From positions 9,300,001 through 9,364,000 of the forward strand of contig OX597824.1 in NCBI GenBank assembly GCA_951406725.2: DNA of 64,000 bases, written 5' to 3'. Made by a program: the position numbers and the translations under genes. The stretch comes from Octopus vulgaris (lineage: Eukaryota). The notes beneath the pieces were generated by a model, which did no database searches, was not told where the DNA came from, and was given only the letters and a program-made list of their open reading frames with translations. Below are positions 28,774 through 43,954 of the stretch, one piece after another; position 1 is the stretch's first letter; the number at the start of each line of letters is the position of its first letter.

Positions 28774-29571
28774 TGAAACAGAGAGAGAGATACATAAATA
28801 AACATTATATATATATATATATATATATGTTGTATATACATACACACATACATATATATATATATTTATATACAAACATTTATACATACATGTGTGCGTG
28901 TATGCACGTATGCACACACATATATATGCATGTTTGTATGTATGTTTGTGCAATGTGCGCTCTTCGCAGAAACGTTTAATAGCATTTCTTGTTACCTAAT
29001 CTACAGCAGCCATTTTTATCATTGCAGGTATAAATCTTGAGGCGGTTCTAATTGAGCAACCGTTTAAATGATACCTTAAAAATGAAACTATAATTTACAC
29101 AGTTAATGCACCAAATAAATGAAACATAAATTATGGTCAAATTTTCAAAAAAAAAAAGAAATAATATCGCATATATTCTATATAGAAATTTACTTATCTG
29201 CACTGATTATTGTTATTAGCGAAACCGTATGATTGAACACAGGGTCTTTTAAAATTATGTGTGCGCGAATATTCTGTTTAGTTGGTAACTCCTCCAAAGT
29301 GCTCAGTGGATTTTTGGCTGAGAAGTGGCGCAAAATAGTTTTGTTTCTACATTCCTGCCTGTCATAAAATATGGAGGATATGCTACGTTGCAATCGAGTG
29401 AATAAACCATGTTCTAATTTATATTACCCGAATTCTTTCATTGTTTCACTTGTTATAGTCACTGGACTGCGGCAATGCTGAAGGACTACCTTAATGGCTT
29501 AGCTGAGGCAATCGACGTTTCAAACGTTTCTCGTGCAGAACCGCCAAGTTATTGATACGTAAACTAATCTG

Positions 29572-29800
29572 TTTCTTTATTACCCACAAGGGGCTAAACA
29601 TAGAGGGGACAAACAAGGACAGACAAACGGATTAAATCGATTACATCGACCTCAGTGCGCAAATGGTACTTTATTTATCGACCCCGAAAGGATGAAAGGC
29701 AAAGTCGACCTCGGCGGAATTTGAACTCAGAATGTAAGGGCAGACGAAATACGGCTACGCATTTTCCAAGCGTGCTAACGTTTCTGCCAGCTCGTCGCCT
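29572..29800 (-). mobile_element. SINE family B inserted into a decayed SINE A
   Basis: TSD tattgat(a/t)cgtaaactaatc; flanks resemble family A minus strand. Confidence 0.85.
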
Positions 29801-30244
29801 ATTGATTCGTAAACTAATCACTGCTTGTTGGTAAGTGGTTGGTTTTTCAAACAGAAGCACAAACACACGCATACATACACCCCCACATACACTCATAACA
29901 TATTTCATATGTATTCGAATGCTGTCGTACTTATGTAAGTGTATATATATCCAGATACAGTTATATATTTAAAAAAATTAATATAGAGAGCCGTGTGCAA
30001 TGTGTTACGAAACAGGAAAACAATAATTGTTATTAAATGTGACTAGAATGTTAGAATACCTACTTTGCTAAAGCTAACAGCTAAAAGGGTCTAATACAGT
30101 AGGTAAAGTACATAATTGTATACATATCTACTGACTGGACTGTAATCGTCCAAAAACACTGGTCGAAAATTACAAAACTGATCGGTCAGTTTCGGCGAAT
30201 TCTGTATCCGATCAATAGGGACCGCTCGATTCGGCTGATTACAC

Positions 30245-30329
<85 letters not shown>

Positions 30330-30340
30330 TAGTTGCAGGT

Positions 30341-30872
30341 ATAGTTGAAGTTCCATTAATCAAGGAAAGTGATGTGTAGAAGTGGTAGAAATGCTTCCTG
30401 TCCATGTTACGTAAATTCCGATAAGAGTTCATATTTTGTCATTACAAACGGAATGTGCGGAAACCCCTTTGAATGAACAGAACCACGGAATCTACGTCAC
30501 CACACTTTCCATGTGTAATATCAAAATATGAATTCCTATCGAAAGTTACCTACCTATGGATAAGAAGCATTTCTACCCCTCCCGCACACCACTTTCCTTG
30601 GATAATGGAACTTCAACTATAACATCCTACATATATTTTTATATTTACGTTTATTCTCTTATTTCCCTTTATACTTCTTATTTCCATCCTTTTCCAAAAT
30701 AACTCCTTATATTGAACTCTACTATTTCCCTGTAATTAACTCTCTCATATTGTCTCTGATGAAAGCATACCCCTAATATCACAGAAACAGCTGTATGACT
30801 AACTTTCTCTTTATAAGTGTCCTGAAAATTCCACACAGCCTTGGCTTTGTTCTCTCATTTTATTTAAAATAT
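30341..30872 (+). mobile_element. Penelope-like fragment: 5' inverted arm plus hammerhead-bearing tail
   Basis: Imperfect inverted repeat 30341-30460 versus 30500-30621; ctgatga...gaaacagctgta at 30751-30800. Confidence 0.6.
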
Positions 30873-31004
30873 ACAGGCTCACACAAGACCCACATTAGAC
30901 TCCTCACTCGTATCATTATAGAACCGAGAGATTGACTACGGTCCTTCCATAGCTCTAACATAGCCTTACCTGCCACCTTAGGTCTTCTGGACACTAATAC
31001 CTCT

Positions 31005-31096
<92 letters not shown>

Positions 31097-31100
<4 letters not shown>

Positions 31101-31303
31101 ATCCAAACAAGAAAACAAAAAAACACAACCACGCAAGGACGTGGAACAAATAAAGTATTATTGGACGCTCAGGAAAGAAGGGAAGAAGGAGGGTTTAACG
31201 TTTCGAGCGGAGCTCTTCGTCGGAAACATATTAGAAGGAAAGATCCCGAGAAGGGAAGACAGAGGAAAAAAATCGCCGGTGGTACTCACGAGGTCACATA
31301 CTG
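31097..31303 (-). mobile_element. P1-related TA-embedded element with hammerhead-like motif (31193-31227)
   Basis: Minus strand gttt CCGACGA A gagc tcc gctc GAAA cg TT aaac; shares ttcctgagcgt with P1; 3' end abuts (TA)n. Confidence 0.65.
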
Positions 31304-31355
<52 letters not shown>

Positions 31356-31384
31356 TTGTATATACGTGTTTGTGTGTGTGTGAG

Positions 31385-31585
31385 ACTGTGTTTTCCCCCA
31401 TTCCCCGGCAATGCTTGACAACAGATTTTGGTGTGTATACGTATGCGTAACTTAGCGGTCCGGCAAAAGAAACAGATAGAATAAGTACTACGTTCACAAA
31501 GAACACGTCCTGAGATTGAATTGTTCACATAAAGATGTTGCTCCTACATGGCCGCAGTCAAATGACTGAAACAAATAAAAGAAAA
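31385..31585 (+). mobile_element. SINE family A, 3' half
   Basis: aacttagcggtccggcaaaaga...cagtcaaatgactgaaac. Confidence 0.8.
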
Positions 31586-31739
31586 CACACACATACACAC
31601 ATACATTTAAATTTTGATATTGAAGTCAAAGAATATATTGACATTTTAAAGCATTTAATACGCATGTTACCTAATACACCCATTATGTAAACCTTCCTCA
31701 TTTGAAGCATATATATATATATATATATATATGTACACT

Positions 31740-32310
<571 letters not shown>

Positions 32311-33398
32311 ATATTCTTATATATATATATATATGTATATATATACATATATATATGCATGCATATATATGCAAAAACATACACATGTATGTACATATAT
32401 ATGCATTTTTGTATGTGCGTATGAATTAATGTATATGCATATACCCGTTGTATACGTGACTGTGTGCATTCATACAAAGACATTTTAATACATATATCTA
32501 TATGTATATATGTATGTATCTGTCTATCTATATGATACACACGATAATACATACGTGTATATAAATGTACACTATATCTATATTTGGAAATGTGGTTAAT
32601 TGTTTCATCAATAGTGTCGAATAGACGGATAAACGAATTCGTTGGTGATTTTAAAAATAATTTCCTATACAAAACTTTGTACATTATGAAAGTTTTTGCC
32701 ATTTATCTTGTTTTTATGTTTCTCTTATTCTATGTACTTTTACAATATTCTGGCGGAAGCGAATCTATTTTTATATGTGTCCAGTCATATGAAAACATAT
32801 CCTGAAAATGTTATCAAAATCTACTTGGTCAGCATAATATGTCTGCTACAGCTCTTATTACACAAATCACTCTTTCAGTATTATCATTAAAGATATTTCA
32901 CTATCAGGAACATAAAAATATAAGTGCTTATGTATCTGCTCCTAATCGGTTTTCCATCTAACATTGTTTCTTATCCATTATTCTCTGGAGAGTTATCCAA
33001 TTAAACTCATATATTTCGCAACCGCTTTTCATGTTGTATACACTATGTAAAGTTTCTAACCGAAAGATGCACTTATTTCTCGTTCGCTTTTCTTCAGCCA
33101 TTCATGTGTCTGTATATACACCTTCATCTACAATTCTGTACATATGTGCACGCAGACATACACGCATTATATATACAGGTATATACACACAGACACACGC
33201 CGCATACATGTATATATATATACACGCACGGATATGCGGAGAAATATGCGTCTCTCGATGTATTCGTTACTATCGATTTTTCATATGAATATATGTAGTT
33301 TGATAACACGAATCTCTGTTCAAGTCTTGGTGGAATACGACACGCATTGATTCATATAAACAATGTAAATGTGTGTGTGTGTTGGTGTATTATGTGCT

Positions 33399-33399
<1 letters not shown>

Positions 33400-33482
<83 letters not shown>

Positions 33483-33908
33483 TAAACATAAACTTGTATA
33501 TGTATACATATATACATGTATATATGCATATATATATCTACATATATATACATATATATATATATATACATATACATACATATATACATATACATACATA
33601 TATACATACATATGTACATATACATACATATATGCATATATATATATATATACATATATATATAGATACATATACATACATATATATATACATAGATGTA
33701 TATATATAAATACACATATACATACATATATATACATATATATAATATGTATACATGTATATATATATACATACATACGTATATACATATAAATATATAC
33801 GTATATATATATACATACATGCATACGTATATGCATATATATACATATAAATATACATACATATACATATATATACATACACATATGTATACATACATAC
33901 ATACACAC

Positions 33909-33965
<57 letters not shown>

Positions 33966-33985
33966 TATGTATGTATATATATATG
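33400..33985. repeat. Long compound (TA)n/(TACA)n microsatellite
   Basis: Directly visible. Confidence 0.95.
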
Positions 33986-35602
33986 TGTTGGAATTAGATG
34001 CAATAAAGAATATGACCATTGTCTGCTAATGACGTACAAAGTTTATCAGTGTTTTTTTTCTCGTATCTGATGATTTGCAAGTTTTACCACAACTATTATA
34101 TAAGTATTTCTCGCAATTAACCGCAATTTTATAATGTAATGATTGGTACTCTGTACAGCCGTGTGTCTGTCTTCTCACCAACGACAGAAAACAGAGCTGA
34201 ATGCAGCATCTATGTTAACACGAAACACAGGTGCACAGATAAGAGTCAATATCTTAGTAACAAAATGAAGTTAAACGTAGAACAAAGTAAGACTGCCTTG
34301 CCTTACTCATACATTTAATTACCAAATACAAAACAAAAGATTCGATTGGGATTTTCTCAATGGTTACAGGTCAAAATAGGTTATATTGGTTCTATCATCT
34401 TGTTTAATCAAAAATTATATTCATACAAAAGTTGTCCTTCACTGCCGCTCACGCCACTTAATTTTCATCCTATATATCGACAGGATCCGTCATATTTGTC
34501 GGCACCGGGTTTACATATAGCCCATGAAAGATCGTGCCATTCATACGGCCAGTCGTTCGGAGCAAACCGCAAAAATGGAACTCGCAACGCCAGGTGAAAA
34601 ATATCACCGTAAATTTAGCGGAATAAATCATTTTACACGACTATTTATTCTCGACACCGGTAGGCATGTTCAGGTGCAAAATATGCTGGTCAGTGTAGAT
34701 CATAAGAAAAAATCTTTTCCTTTTTACGAGGGCAGCGTGCTCAACGCACCTTGCTCATGGGAGTACGGCATTCTGGCATTCTGCAACACTGGTGTTTCGA
34801 TGAATAATATATATATATATACACGGCATGATATGAATCAGAAATGAAATAAATTAAATAAGTTGGAGTATTATGAACTTCACCGCGGGTTAAATAGAAA
34901 TATTTCTTATTAAGTAAAAATATTCCTTTTTACTAGGCCGCAAAATAAAAAGAAAGTCATGGAAAGGGGTGTTTCACTCTCTTTTTTCTGCAGCACAATA
35001 GTATAGAAAAACGTACTTAACACACACATATTCGCTCATATACATACATACATATATCTATATATACATAGGGACAGATATAATTGGCGAATACGAGAGG
35101 CGGTAATGATCAAGAAAGATAATGGTGCGGAATATGAGAGTGGACTGGATGGAAGTTAGTGTGTCTTGGACGATATAATAAATCAATATTTAAATGTGGT
35201 TAGTATTTGAAGTAACGCAATCAAGAGGTGCCTCAGTATTTATATAAACACTTAAAACACACATTCTCATATAAGATGTACACAACTATATTAGCACATA
35301 TAAAGATACACACACATACATAAGGAATATATACAAATTTATAATTTATAATTTGCACGTAATATACACTCACACATATATATATGTATTGATACAATAC
35401 GTATATGTATATATGTATATATATATAATATATATATACGTATACGTATATGTAGATAGATATATATATATATGTACATGTATAGATATATATATATATA
35501 TATATATTTGTATGTATATATATATATATACGTGTATATATGTATATATGTGTATATATATATGTGTATGTGTGTGTGTGTATGTTTGTATGTATGTAAT
35601 AC

Positions 35603-35642
<40 letters not shown>

Positions 35643-35963
35643 TAATGTAAGCATAAACATATTTGTTTATGTATAAGCACTTACAAAGCTTGATATCATA
35701 CATGCTGATATTTGCTTGAATAGATATATGTCTTTAGTGATACAGATCTAAATAGAAGTCTCTCTATAAGGACATGTACAATCGCATATGTTCAAGCTTA
35801 CACATATGCCGCCATTCGTCATGCATACTAACACATCTGTATATACAGAATATACGCTGAAAGGCATGTAAAGAGATATACATATATACATATATACATA
35901 TAGCGACACCACGTTGCAATGTATGTATATATATATACATATATGTGTGTGTGTGTCTGTACA

Positions 35964-36142
35964 CAGTGGCGGACTGGCCAGGTTGTGGGCCCCTGGGCCA
36001 TTAGAATCCATAAATGGTGGGGGGTGTCTCTGTTAGTATCTAAGGGGTCCATCCCTTCAAGTTTGAGAATTTTTGATTCACTCTTGGAATACATTAAATG
36101 TTTTAGCCTGGCTGTGTTTGTAGACAGTTGGAAAGAATACTT

Positions 36143-36175
<33 letters not shown>

Positions 36176-36288
36176 TATTTCTTTAATAAATGATAGCATT
36201 GTAGTTGCGAGTGCCCTCACCCCTTGTAGTTGGGGTCGGCTCCTTTAGTCTCCTGGCAACCAATAGTTTTGGACCCAGTCCGCCACTG
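35964..36288. mobile_element. MITE with cagtggcggactgg TIRs (hAT-like)
   Basis: 14-bp perfect TIR cagtggcggactgg / ccagtccgccactg; flanking 8-mers tctgtaca / tgtgtgca match 6 of 8. Confidence 0.75.
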
Positions 36289-36298
36289 TGTGTGCATA

Positions 36299-36373
<75 letters not shown>

Positions 36374-36395
36374 CATATATGTATATATATGTATA

Positions 36396-36451
<56 letters not shown>

Positions 36452-36626
36452 TACATATATATATATACAGATGTATACATATATAAATATATATATATGT
36501 ATATACACATAAATGTATATTATATAGATAACGATTAAATAAATAAATAAATATTTATCGATGTGCATATCTATCTATCCGTCCGTATATATACAGACAC
36601 AGACATACACACACACACATACACAT

Positions 36627-36699
<73 letters not shown>

Positions 36700-36704
<5 letters not shown>

Positions 36705-37100
36705 ATATTTCGGAATGGTCATATTGCCAGTTTAGCCAATAAAAACACACGCAATATATATTTGGTGTTATTTTGCTTCAGTGATATTTATTTTTTACAT
36801 TAATCTTAATCTTATTTCGGCCAAAGTTCTTTCGTCACACTCCTGTGACCGCATCAGTGGTCCTTTGTTTTCTTCTCACTTACTTGTGTCTCTCCTTACT
36901 AACCGTCAGCCATTTTGTATTTCTATTGTATGTCTTCATTGCGCATGCTTATATCTCTATGTGCGTCTATGTTTATTTAGTGTGTGTGTGGGGGGATGCC
37001 TGTAATATTTGTATCTTCTGGTTATATAACACCAAATATATAGTGCGTGTGTTTTTATTGGCTAAACTGGCAATATGACCATTCCGAAATATAACAATAT
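36700..37100 (-). mobile_element. Penelope-like fragment with about 70-bp terminal inverted copies and hammerhead-like motif
   Basis: 36700-36770 is inverted at 37027-37098; minus strand ggacca CTGATGC g gtcac..gtgac GAAA gaactt tggcc at 36819-36863. Confidence 0.6.
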
Positions 37101-37182
37101 CTGTTTCAACACACGACTTCACATAAAAAATATAAAATAAAATTATTATATATATATATACTTGCACAACAAATATTTAAAC

Positions 37183-37247
<65 letters not shown>

Positions 37248-37321
37248 CGTGCCTACATCTTGTTATACATCTATATACATAATGTACATATACATATGTA
37301 TGTGTGTATTCATATATATAT

Positions 37322-37359
<38 letters not shown>

Positions 37360-37913
37360 ATATATGTATGTTTATAGAGAGTGGAAGATGGAAGGCGAGA
37401 GAGAGACTAAGGGAGGCAGAGAAAGACTTATACAAACTCCACGCAGCACAAATACACATAATATAATCAAGAGACTGATGTAATGATCTACTTCAAATGA
37501 GAGTTAAAAGAAGTGAATACATACATAGACATATATATATATATATATATTTATGTGTGTGTCCATCATTGATTGCCGGCGCCAAAGTAAATATTTAAGA
37601 AGATTCAAAAGCATTAATGAAAATAGAGAAATACCGAAAACCAATCAACTATTATGAAGAACTAACACATATCGATATGATCTTCAGAGAAACGGTGAAC
37701 AGATTGAGATAATATGTATCGGTAATGCAACTAAATACACGTTATTGCCGATTCCTGTAGAGATACATGAGGAATATGTGGAACGTGTACAGCTACCTTA
37801 ATGGCATTCTCTGCTTCTGTCGGAAAGAAATCATCTGAGTGCACTTTAATTACATCGACATTCTTCTGCAAATACATCATACGATGCATCTTCAATAATA
37901 TATATATATATGA

Positions 37914-37947
<34 letters not shown>

Positions 37948-37977
37948 GTAGATATAGATATATATATATATATGTAA

Positions 37978-38027
<50 letters not shown>

Positions 38028-38148
38028 ATGTATATATATATACGTGTGTATATATATACTTATATATATATAAATATGTGTGTGTGTATGTTTGTAAGTA
38101 TGTATATACGTATATAAATATATATGTGTGTGTATGTATGTAAGTATG

Positions 38149-38230
<82 letters not shown>

Positions 38231-38403
38231 AGTATGTATATATGTATAACTGAACTTGACAGAAAAACAAATGACGAAGACAAGTCTATATATATATATA
38301 TATATATGTGTGTGTGCATATATATATGTATGTGTATATATATATATATATGTATGTGTGTATATATGTATATATATATGTATATTTATATACATATATA
38401 TGC

Positions 38404-38444
<41 letters not shown>

Positions 38445-39329
38445 CGCATATATGTTCGTCTGTGTGTCTGTGTTTGAACGTATGTCCATGTGAAGATGTA
38501 TATATATGTATGTATGTGCGTGTATGGCTGTATATACATTTACACACACACATTGAGAAACAATTATAAATATTTTTCCCTGTGCAGTAATACATATCCA
38601 TATATATATATATATGTGTGTATGTGCAAGCGTGTGTGTGTAAGCATGTGTATACCTGCGCGCGTCTGTGCATGTGTGTGTCTGTGTGTATATATAAAAA
38701 TAATATTAATAATAACAATATCTATTATCCTCATGATAGGTATGTTCCTCCGCCTCCTCATCAACATCTTCATCATATCTTCATTATTATATTCGTTTGT
38801 TACACGTTGCTTCTGTGCCACCATCTTGTACCTCCTATATATATATATATATATCTTTTTTTTTAGTCCTTACATTTTTTCCGATTTTATATCGAAAGCT
38901 TATGAGATCTTGCTTCCTTAATCTCCTAAACATATTTCTACATTGTATTTCGTTCAAATTCATATCAAGTTAGTCGAGGTTTGTTCTCAAATCCTTTGTC
39001 ATAGTTTTGAAAAGCAAGCGCAATAACAATCTGCAGTTTATGAATTTGGCATTTTCTGCTTCAGCATTTGAGGATTTCATACTTCACGTGGGTAAATACA
39101 CTACTTTCCTTTCTGTCTTTTGATTTTGATATCAGACACACATGTGACGTCCATTACAATTCATAGTGTTCTCTGTTCCTCAAGTACCTATCGTCTCTTA
39201 GCTTCTTTTCGGCTTGTGTATGAAAGACCATGATTTCAATGGGCTGCATGACTATTCCCACAAAATGGTTAAAGCATTTTTCTGTGCATCCATCCGTCTA
39301 CCTTCTCTTTCCACCATCCCAGCGAGCTT

Positions 39330-40400
39330 CCTGGTGGCACAGTCCACAGGTAACTCTTTCATAGAGTCTTATTAGAAGAAGCCGTCATTATACTTTACGG
39401 TTGGATATCTAAGCGTGACCATCACACACTATGGAGGTTGTCCAACTACCGTAAATCTTCGAGTATAATCCGCATATTCCCCAAAAATTTAACGGTTAAA
39501 ATCCCTAGTGCGTACTATAATTGAAGTTAAAAGTAAAAATTATTTTCTAAGAAATCTCCAAGTCTCTATTTGCTGTCTGGCAATGTTTATCAGACGCATT
39601 TTGTGATGTCGGGAACGAAAATACCTTAAGCTAAGCCTGAAAGCAATGAAGTCATAAAAAATCATCCATAACTTGCAGTAAACAACATTTATTAAACGTT
39701 ATTACTGTTATTTCTTTTATTTTCTGCAAACAAAATGCACAAAAAGCTACACGTTTGCATTATGTTATATATACAATAATAATAAAGGACGTTACCGTAT
39801 ACATTTTTACAAACCAAGGACGTTATATAGACCTTCTTGACTCAAGTTAGAGAAGGGGTGCGTATTATACACAAGGTTTAGGTTTTTCAGAAGTACAGCC
39901 CCCTAAAAATCCCCTGCATATTATACTCAAGGGCGAACTATACTCGAGGATTTACGGTATTTCGATTTCGGTTTGCCCATAGGTCTCCTCCCAGTTGGCT
40001 CGGCTTGAAGAATCTCTCTTGATTCATTCCTCAATATTCTAATTACATTCCTGTAGTACTGGAGCTATGTCCTTTTAGTTCAGAGAAGTGGTGGCTCGAT
40101 TTTGTGCGAGTCTAAAATCCGAGCTACACACCGAGCTAACATTACTCCAAAGGCCATTTGGAGAAGCCCCATTTGGGTCCCTTGTACTCCCGAACATACT
40201 TTTTTCGGTCATTACTTAACAGTTTCTGTGCACGCAAAACCAAATTCCAGTTAACATTTGCAGCAGTTTTATTCCGACTGAGTTAAGCGTAGACATCCAA
40301 ATGTGAACTATGATCTCGTCTGAATCATTCTACACTATGGTCAGCAGTCTTCTTGATCCAATTTACCCAAATGGTCTGTTCTTCTGTGCTAAGACTACAC
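39330..40400 (-). pseudogene. RTE-like LINE remnant split by a MITE
   Basis: Minus strand NVIRILRNESREILQAEPTGRRPMGKPKS resembles the RT C-terminal G.RP.GRP motif; outer boundaries uncertain. Confidence 0.55.
39449..39957. mobile_element. Tc1/mariner-superfamily MITE (pogo/Tigger-like)
   Basis: TIR ccgtaaatc(t/c)tcgagtata at both ends, TA duplication, subterminal repeats gcgtattatac. Confidence 0.85.
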
Positions 40401-41061
40401 CTTTGGTCTTATTCTTCAACACTGCTTCCTTTGGCTATAGTAAATATGAACATTAGCAAGGCTGCGTATAATGGTGACAAGAAATCACAAGGAATTAAAA
40501 CTAATTTGTGTTTCCGGTTCTCGGAACCTCAACGTCACGCTTAGCGCCATACTTATCGGCAAGAATTTACGACAGTTTAAGATTTTGAGGGCGATGAATT
40601 GGCATAATTTTCAGGTCATCAGGCATGCGCAATACTGTATTTAGGTATGGAGTTTTACGTTCTAAATACACATTCCATGTTGGTCAACTTTGTCGTACAT
40701 CGTTTCAAGTGCTAGAAAATGGAATACTTGCCGTATATTGGTATCGATTCCTTCATCCGAAATGTGTGTATGGAGTCCTTGTTCTCATGTTACGAATGAT
40801 TATTTGTAATTTCTGAATGTAGACTGGGACGTAAGTTGCCAGACTCTTTATAGAATCAGACGAATTACCTTGTGGTACAGTTCATAGTTTCTTTTCTCTC
40901 TAAGTTCAAATCCCGCCGAAGTAAACAATAACACTCATGGCACTCAATGTCGATAAAATCAAGTAAGATTCTAATAGAGGGAGTGATGCTAGCGACTTAC
41001 CGTTCGCTTCAAAATTGCTAGCGTTGTGCTTAAGTTAGGAATAATGAAATGCGGTTGAATG

Positions 41062-41478
41062 CGGCGAGCTGGTAGAAACGTTAGCACGCCGGGCGAAATG
41101 CTGAGCAGTATTTCGTCTGCCGCTACGTTCTGAGTTCAAATTCCGCCGAGGTCGACTTTGCCTTTCATCCTTTCGGGGTCGATTAAATAAGTACCAGTTA
41201 CGCACTGGGGTCGATATAATTGACTTCATCCAATGTCTGTCCTTGTTTGTCCACTCTTTGTTTAGCCCCTTGTGGGTAGTAAAGAAATAGGTATTTCGTC
41301 TGTCTCTACGTTCTGAGTTCAAATTCCGCCGAGGTCGACTTTGCCTTTCATCCTTTCGGGGTCAATAAATTAAGTACCACTTATGCACTGGGGTCGATAT
41401 AATCGACTTAATCCCTCTGTCTGTCCGTGTTTGTCCCCTCTATGTTTAGCCCCTCGTGGGCAATAAAGAAATAAGAAA
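41062..41478 (+). mobile_element. SINE family B head-to-tail dimer
   Basis: Two near-identical units joined at aaagaaata|ggtatttcgtctg. Confidence 0.92.
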
Positions 41479-42490
41479 CAAGGAAATTCGGTGAGCTACC
41501 AAAATATTCAGAGCGTCGACGAAATGCCTTGTGTTATTTGTTCTAGATATTTAGGTTCCGATGTTCTGAGCTCAATTCTCACTGAAGTCAATTTTACTTT
41601 TTAATCCTCCGGGGCAGATAAAGCAGTACCAAAATTGAGGGTCTTGTTCCTGATCAGAAAGAATTGTCAGTAAAATAAGAAGAAATTTTGTGATCCGTTT
41701 TCGTTTCCTTCTTTCATCTCGTTCATATACACTCTCTCCCCGGAGCCTTTGACAACGAAAAATATATTCGCCCTACTGTCTTTTATATTCAACCAAGAAA
41801 AACATCTACCATTGTTCTTTCTTTACAATCACTGCCTCGAAGTGAATTTCCATTTGTAATGAAACACAATAAGCTTTATACAATACTCATTAGATTCAAT
41901 TGTGATTTTTTTCGAGTGTCTAACGTAAATAATTAAATATAATCATCAATGACAATTGTAATTAGAGAAGAATAATGTTTATTCTTAGTCATTGCTTAAT
42001 TAATTGGGGAAAAATATTTGTTTTCATATAAAGTGGATGCATACATTGTTATTTGTCATGTTGCTTTATTTTCTCATTAATAAGTAAAAGGAAAAAACAA
42101 ATTTAAATCTAAGAAAGTTAATGGTACTTACCACGGAAATAATTCAGAGTCGATGGTAATATATGCATAGTAAATTGACTGCAAGTGACCCCTGGCTGAT
42201 TGCTTCAGTCTATTCGTAACGATACTACGTAAAGGCACTAAACGGATATACATACACGAAACTATGAACACTACATACATACACATATATATATAATATG
42301 CGTTTTGTGAGTATGTGTGCCTGACTCTCATTGCAATCAATCAGGATTTTCTTATGTATATATGTATATATATATATGTATGTATGTATGAATGCATGTA
42401 TGAATGTATGTATGTATGTATCTATCTATCTATCTATATATATATATATGTATGTATCTCTCTCTATATATATATGTATGTATCTATCTA

Positions 42491-42547
<57 letters not shown>

Positions 42548-42562
42548 TTATATGTATTTATC

Positions 42563-42595
<33 letters not shown>

Positions 42596-42633
42596 ATATA
42601 TCTATCTATCTATATATAGAGAGAGATAGATAG

Positions 42634-42666
<33 letters not shown>

Positions 42667-43341
42667 TGTATGTATGTATGTATGTATGTATGTATGTATG
42701 TATGTATGTATGCATGTATGTATGTATATATGTATGTATGCATGCATGTATGTGTGTTTGTATATATAGGTATATATGTGAAGGTGAGTGTACATATACT
42801 CGTGCACAGGAACATATACACATATACATAGAAGGATTCATTCTTTACTTGCATCGATTATGTTATTTAACTTTCATTAATGAGAGAAAAATAATTGAGA
42901 TAATGTTTGGAGCAGCTTTATTTCTTTTTTTTATATCTTTGTTTTTCATGCAATTTTTCATTTTTATTCAATTTTTTTCTCTATTGCTTGATATTTTGGA
43001 GACTCTGTGACTTACACACGAGGCACACTCGTTAGCTATAATATATATATTTAATGTATTTCGATGTTATTTTATGATTCTAAGTAGGAGTACTTTATAG
43101 ATAACAACCTAATCATTGAATTCTTATATGTATACATTAGATTTTATTTATTACTAATTCTCATTCCTTACTGAAATCTTGGACGTTGAATTTATCAGTG
43201 TTGAGTTTCTAGAAATAAAGTTTATTCATTGTTTATTAATTATACCAAAAGATTTCTTTTACACTGTTCGTTAGAATAAAAGCAGCGATTTTGGCCTGAA
43301 TCGGAAACATGTACTACAAGAATGTAACTGTGTAAAGTGAT

Positions 43342-43762
43342 TCTTTTACTTGTTTCAGTCATTTGAATGCGGCCATGTTGGAGCACTGCTTTTTTAGTCG
43401 AGCAAATCGATCCATGACTTATTCTTTGTAAGCCTAGTACTTATTCTGTCGGTCTCTTTTTCCAAACCGCTAAGTTACGGGGACGTGAACACACCAGCAT
43501 CGGTTGTCAAGCGATGTTGGGGGGACAACGATAGACAGACACACACACACACACATGTGTATATATGTATGTATATATATATATATATACATATGCATAT
43601 ATACGACGGGCTTCTTTCAGTTTCCGTCTACCAAATCCACTCACAATGCTTTGGTCGGCCCGAGGCTAAAGTAGAAGACACTTGCCCAAGATGCCATGCA
43701 GTGGGACTAAACCCAGAACCATGTGGTTGGTAAGCAAGTTACTTACCACACAGCCACTCCTG
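43342..43762 (-). mobile_element. SINE family A, full length
   Basis: Complete reverse-complement copy. Confidence 0.9.
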
Positions 43763-43913
43763 CTGTCAACTTAATGTGACAGTCCCATGAAAGGGAAGAA
43801 TTCTATTGTTATTTAGCCCTGGGAAACACCGTATCCTGTTGGACTTGACACATTTCCTGTGTCCTTATGTTTTCAAAGTGAAGACAAGAACCTCCACCCA
43901 ACAAAGCCAGCAT

Positions 43914-43954
43914 CCAGAGACTAGTTTCAGACTCATTGCTCATCATCAGTCTGG
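43914..43954 (-). ncRNA. Type-I hammerhead-like motif with canonical core and GUC triplet
   Basis: Minus strand ccaga CTGATGA tgagcaatgagtct GAAA ctag TC tctgg; perfect 5-bp stem I, palindromic stem III actagt, weak stem II. Confidence 0.6.
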
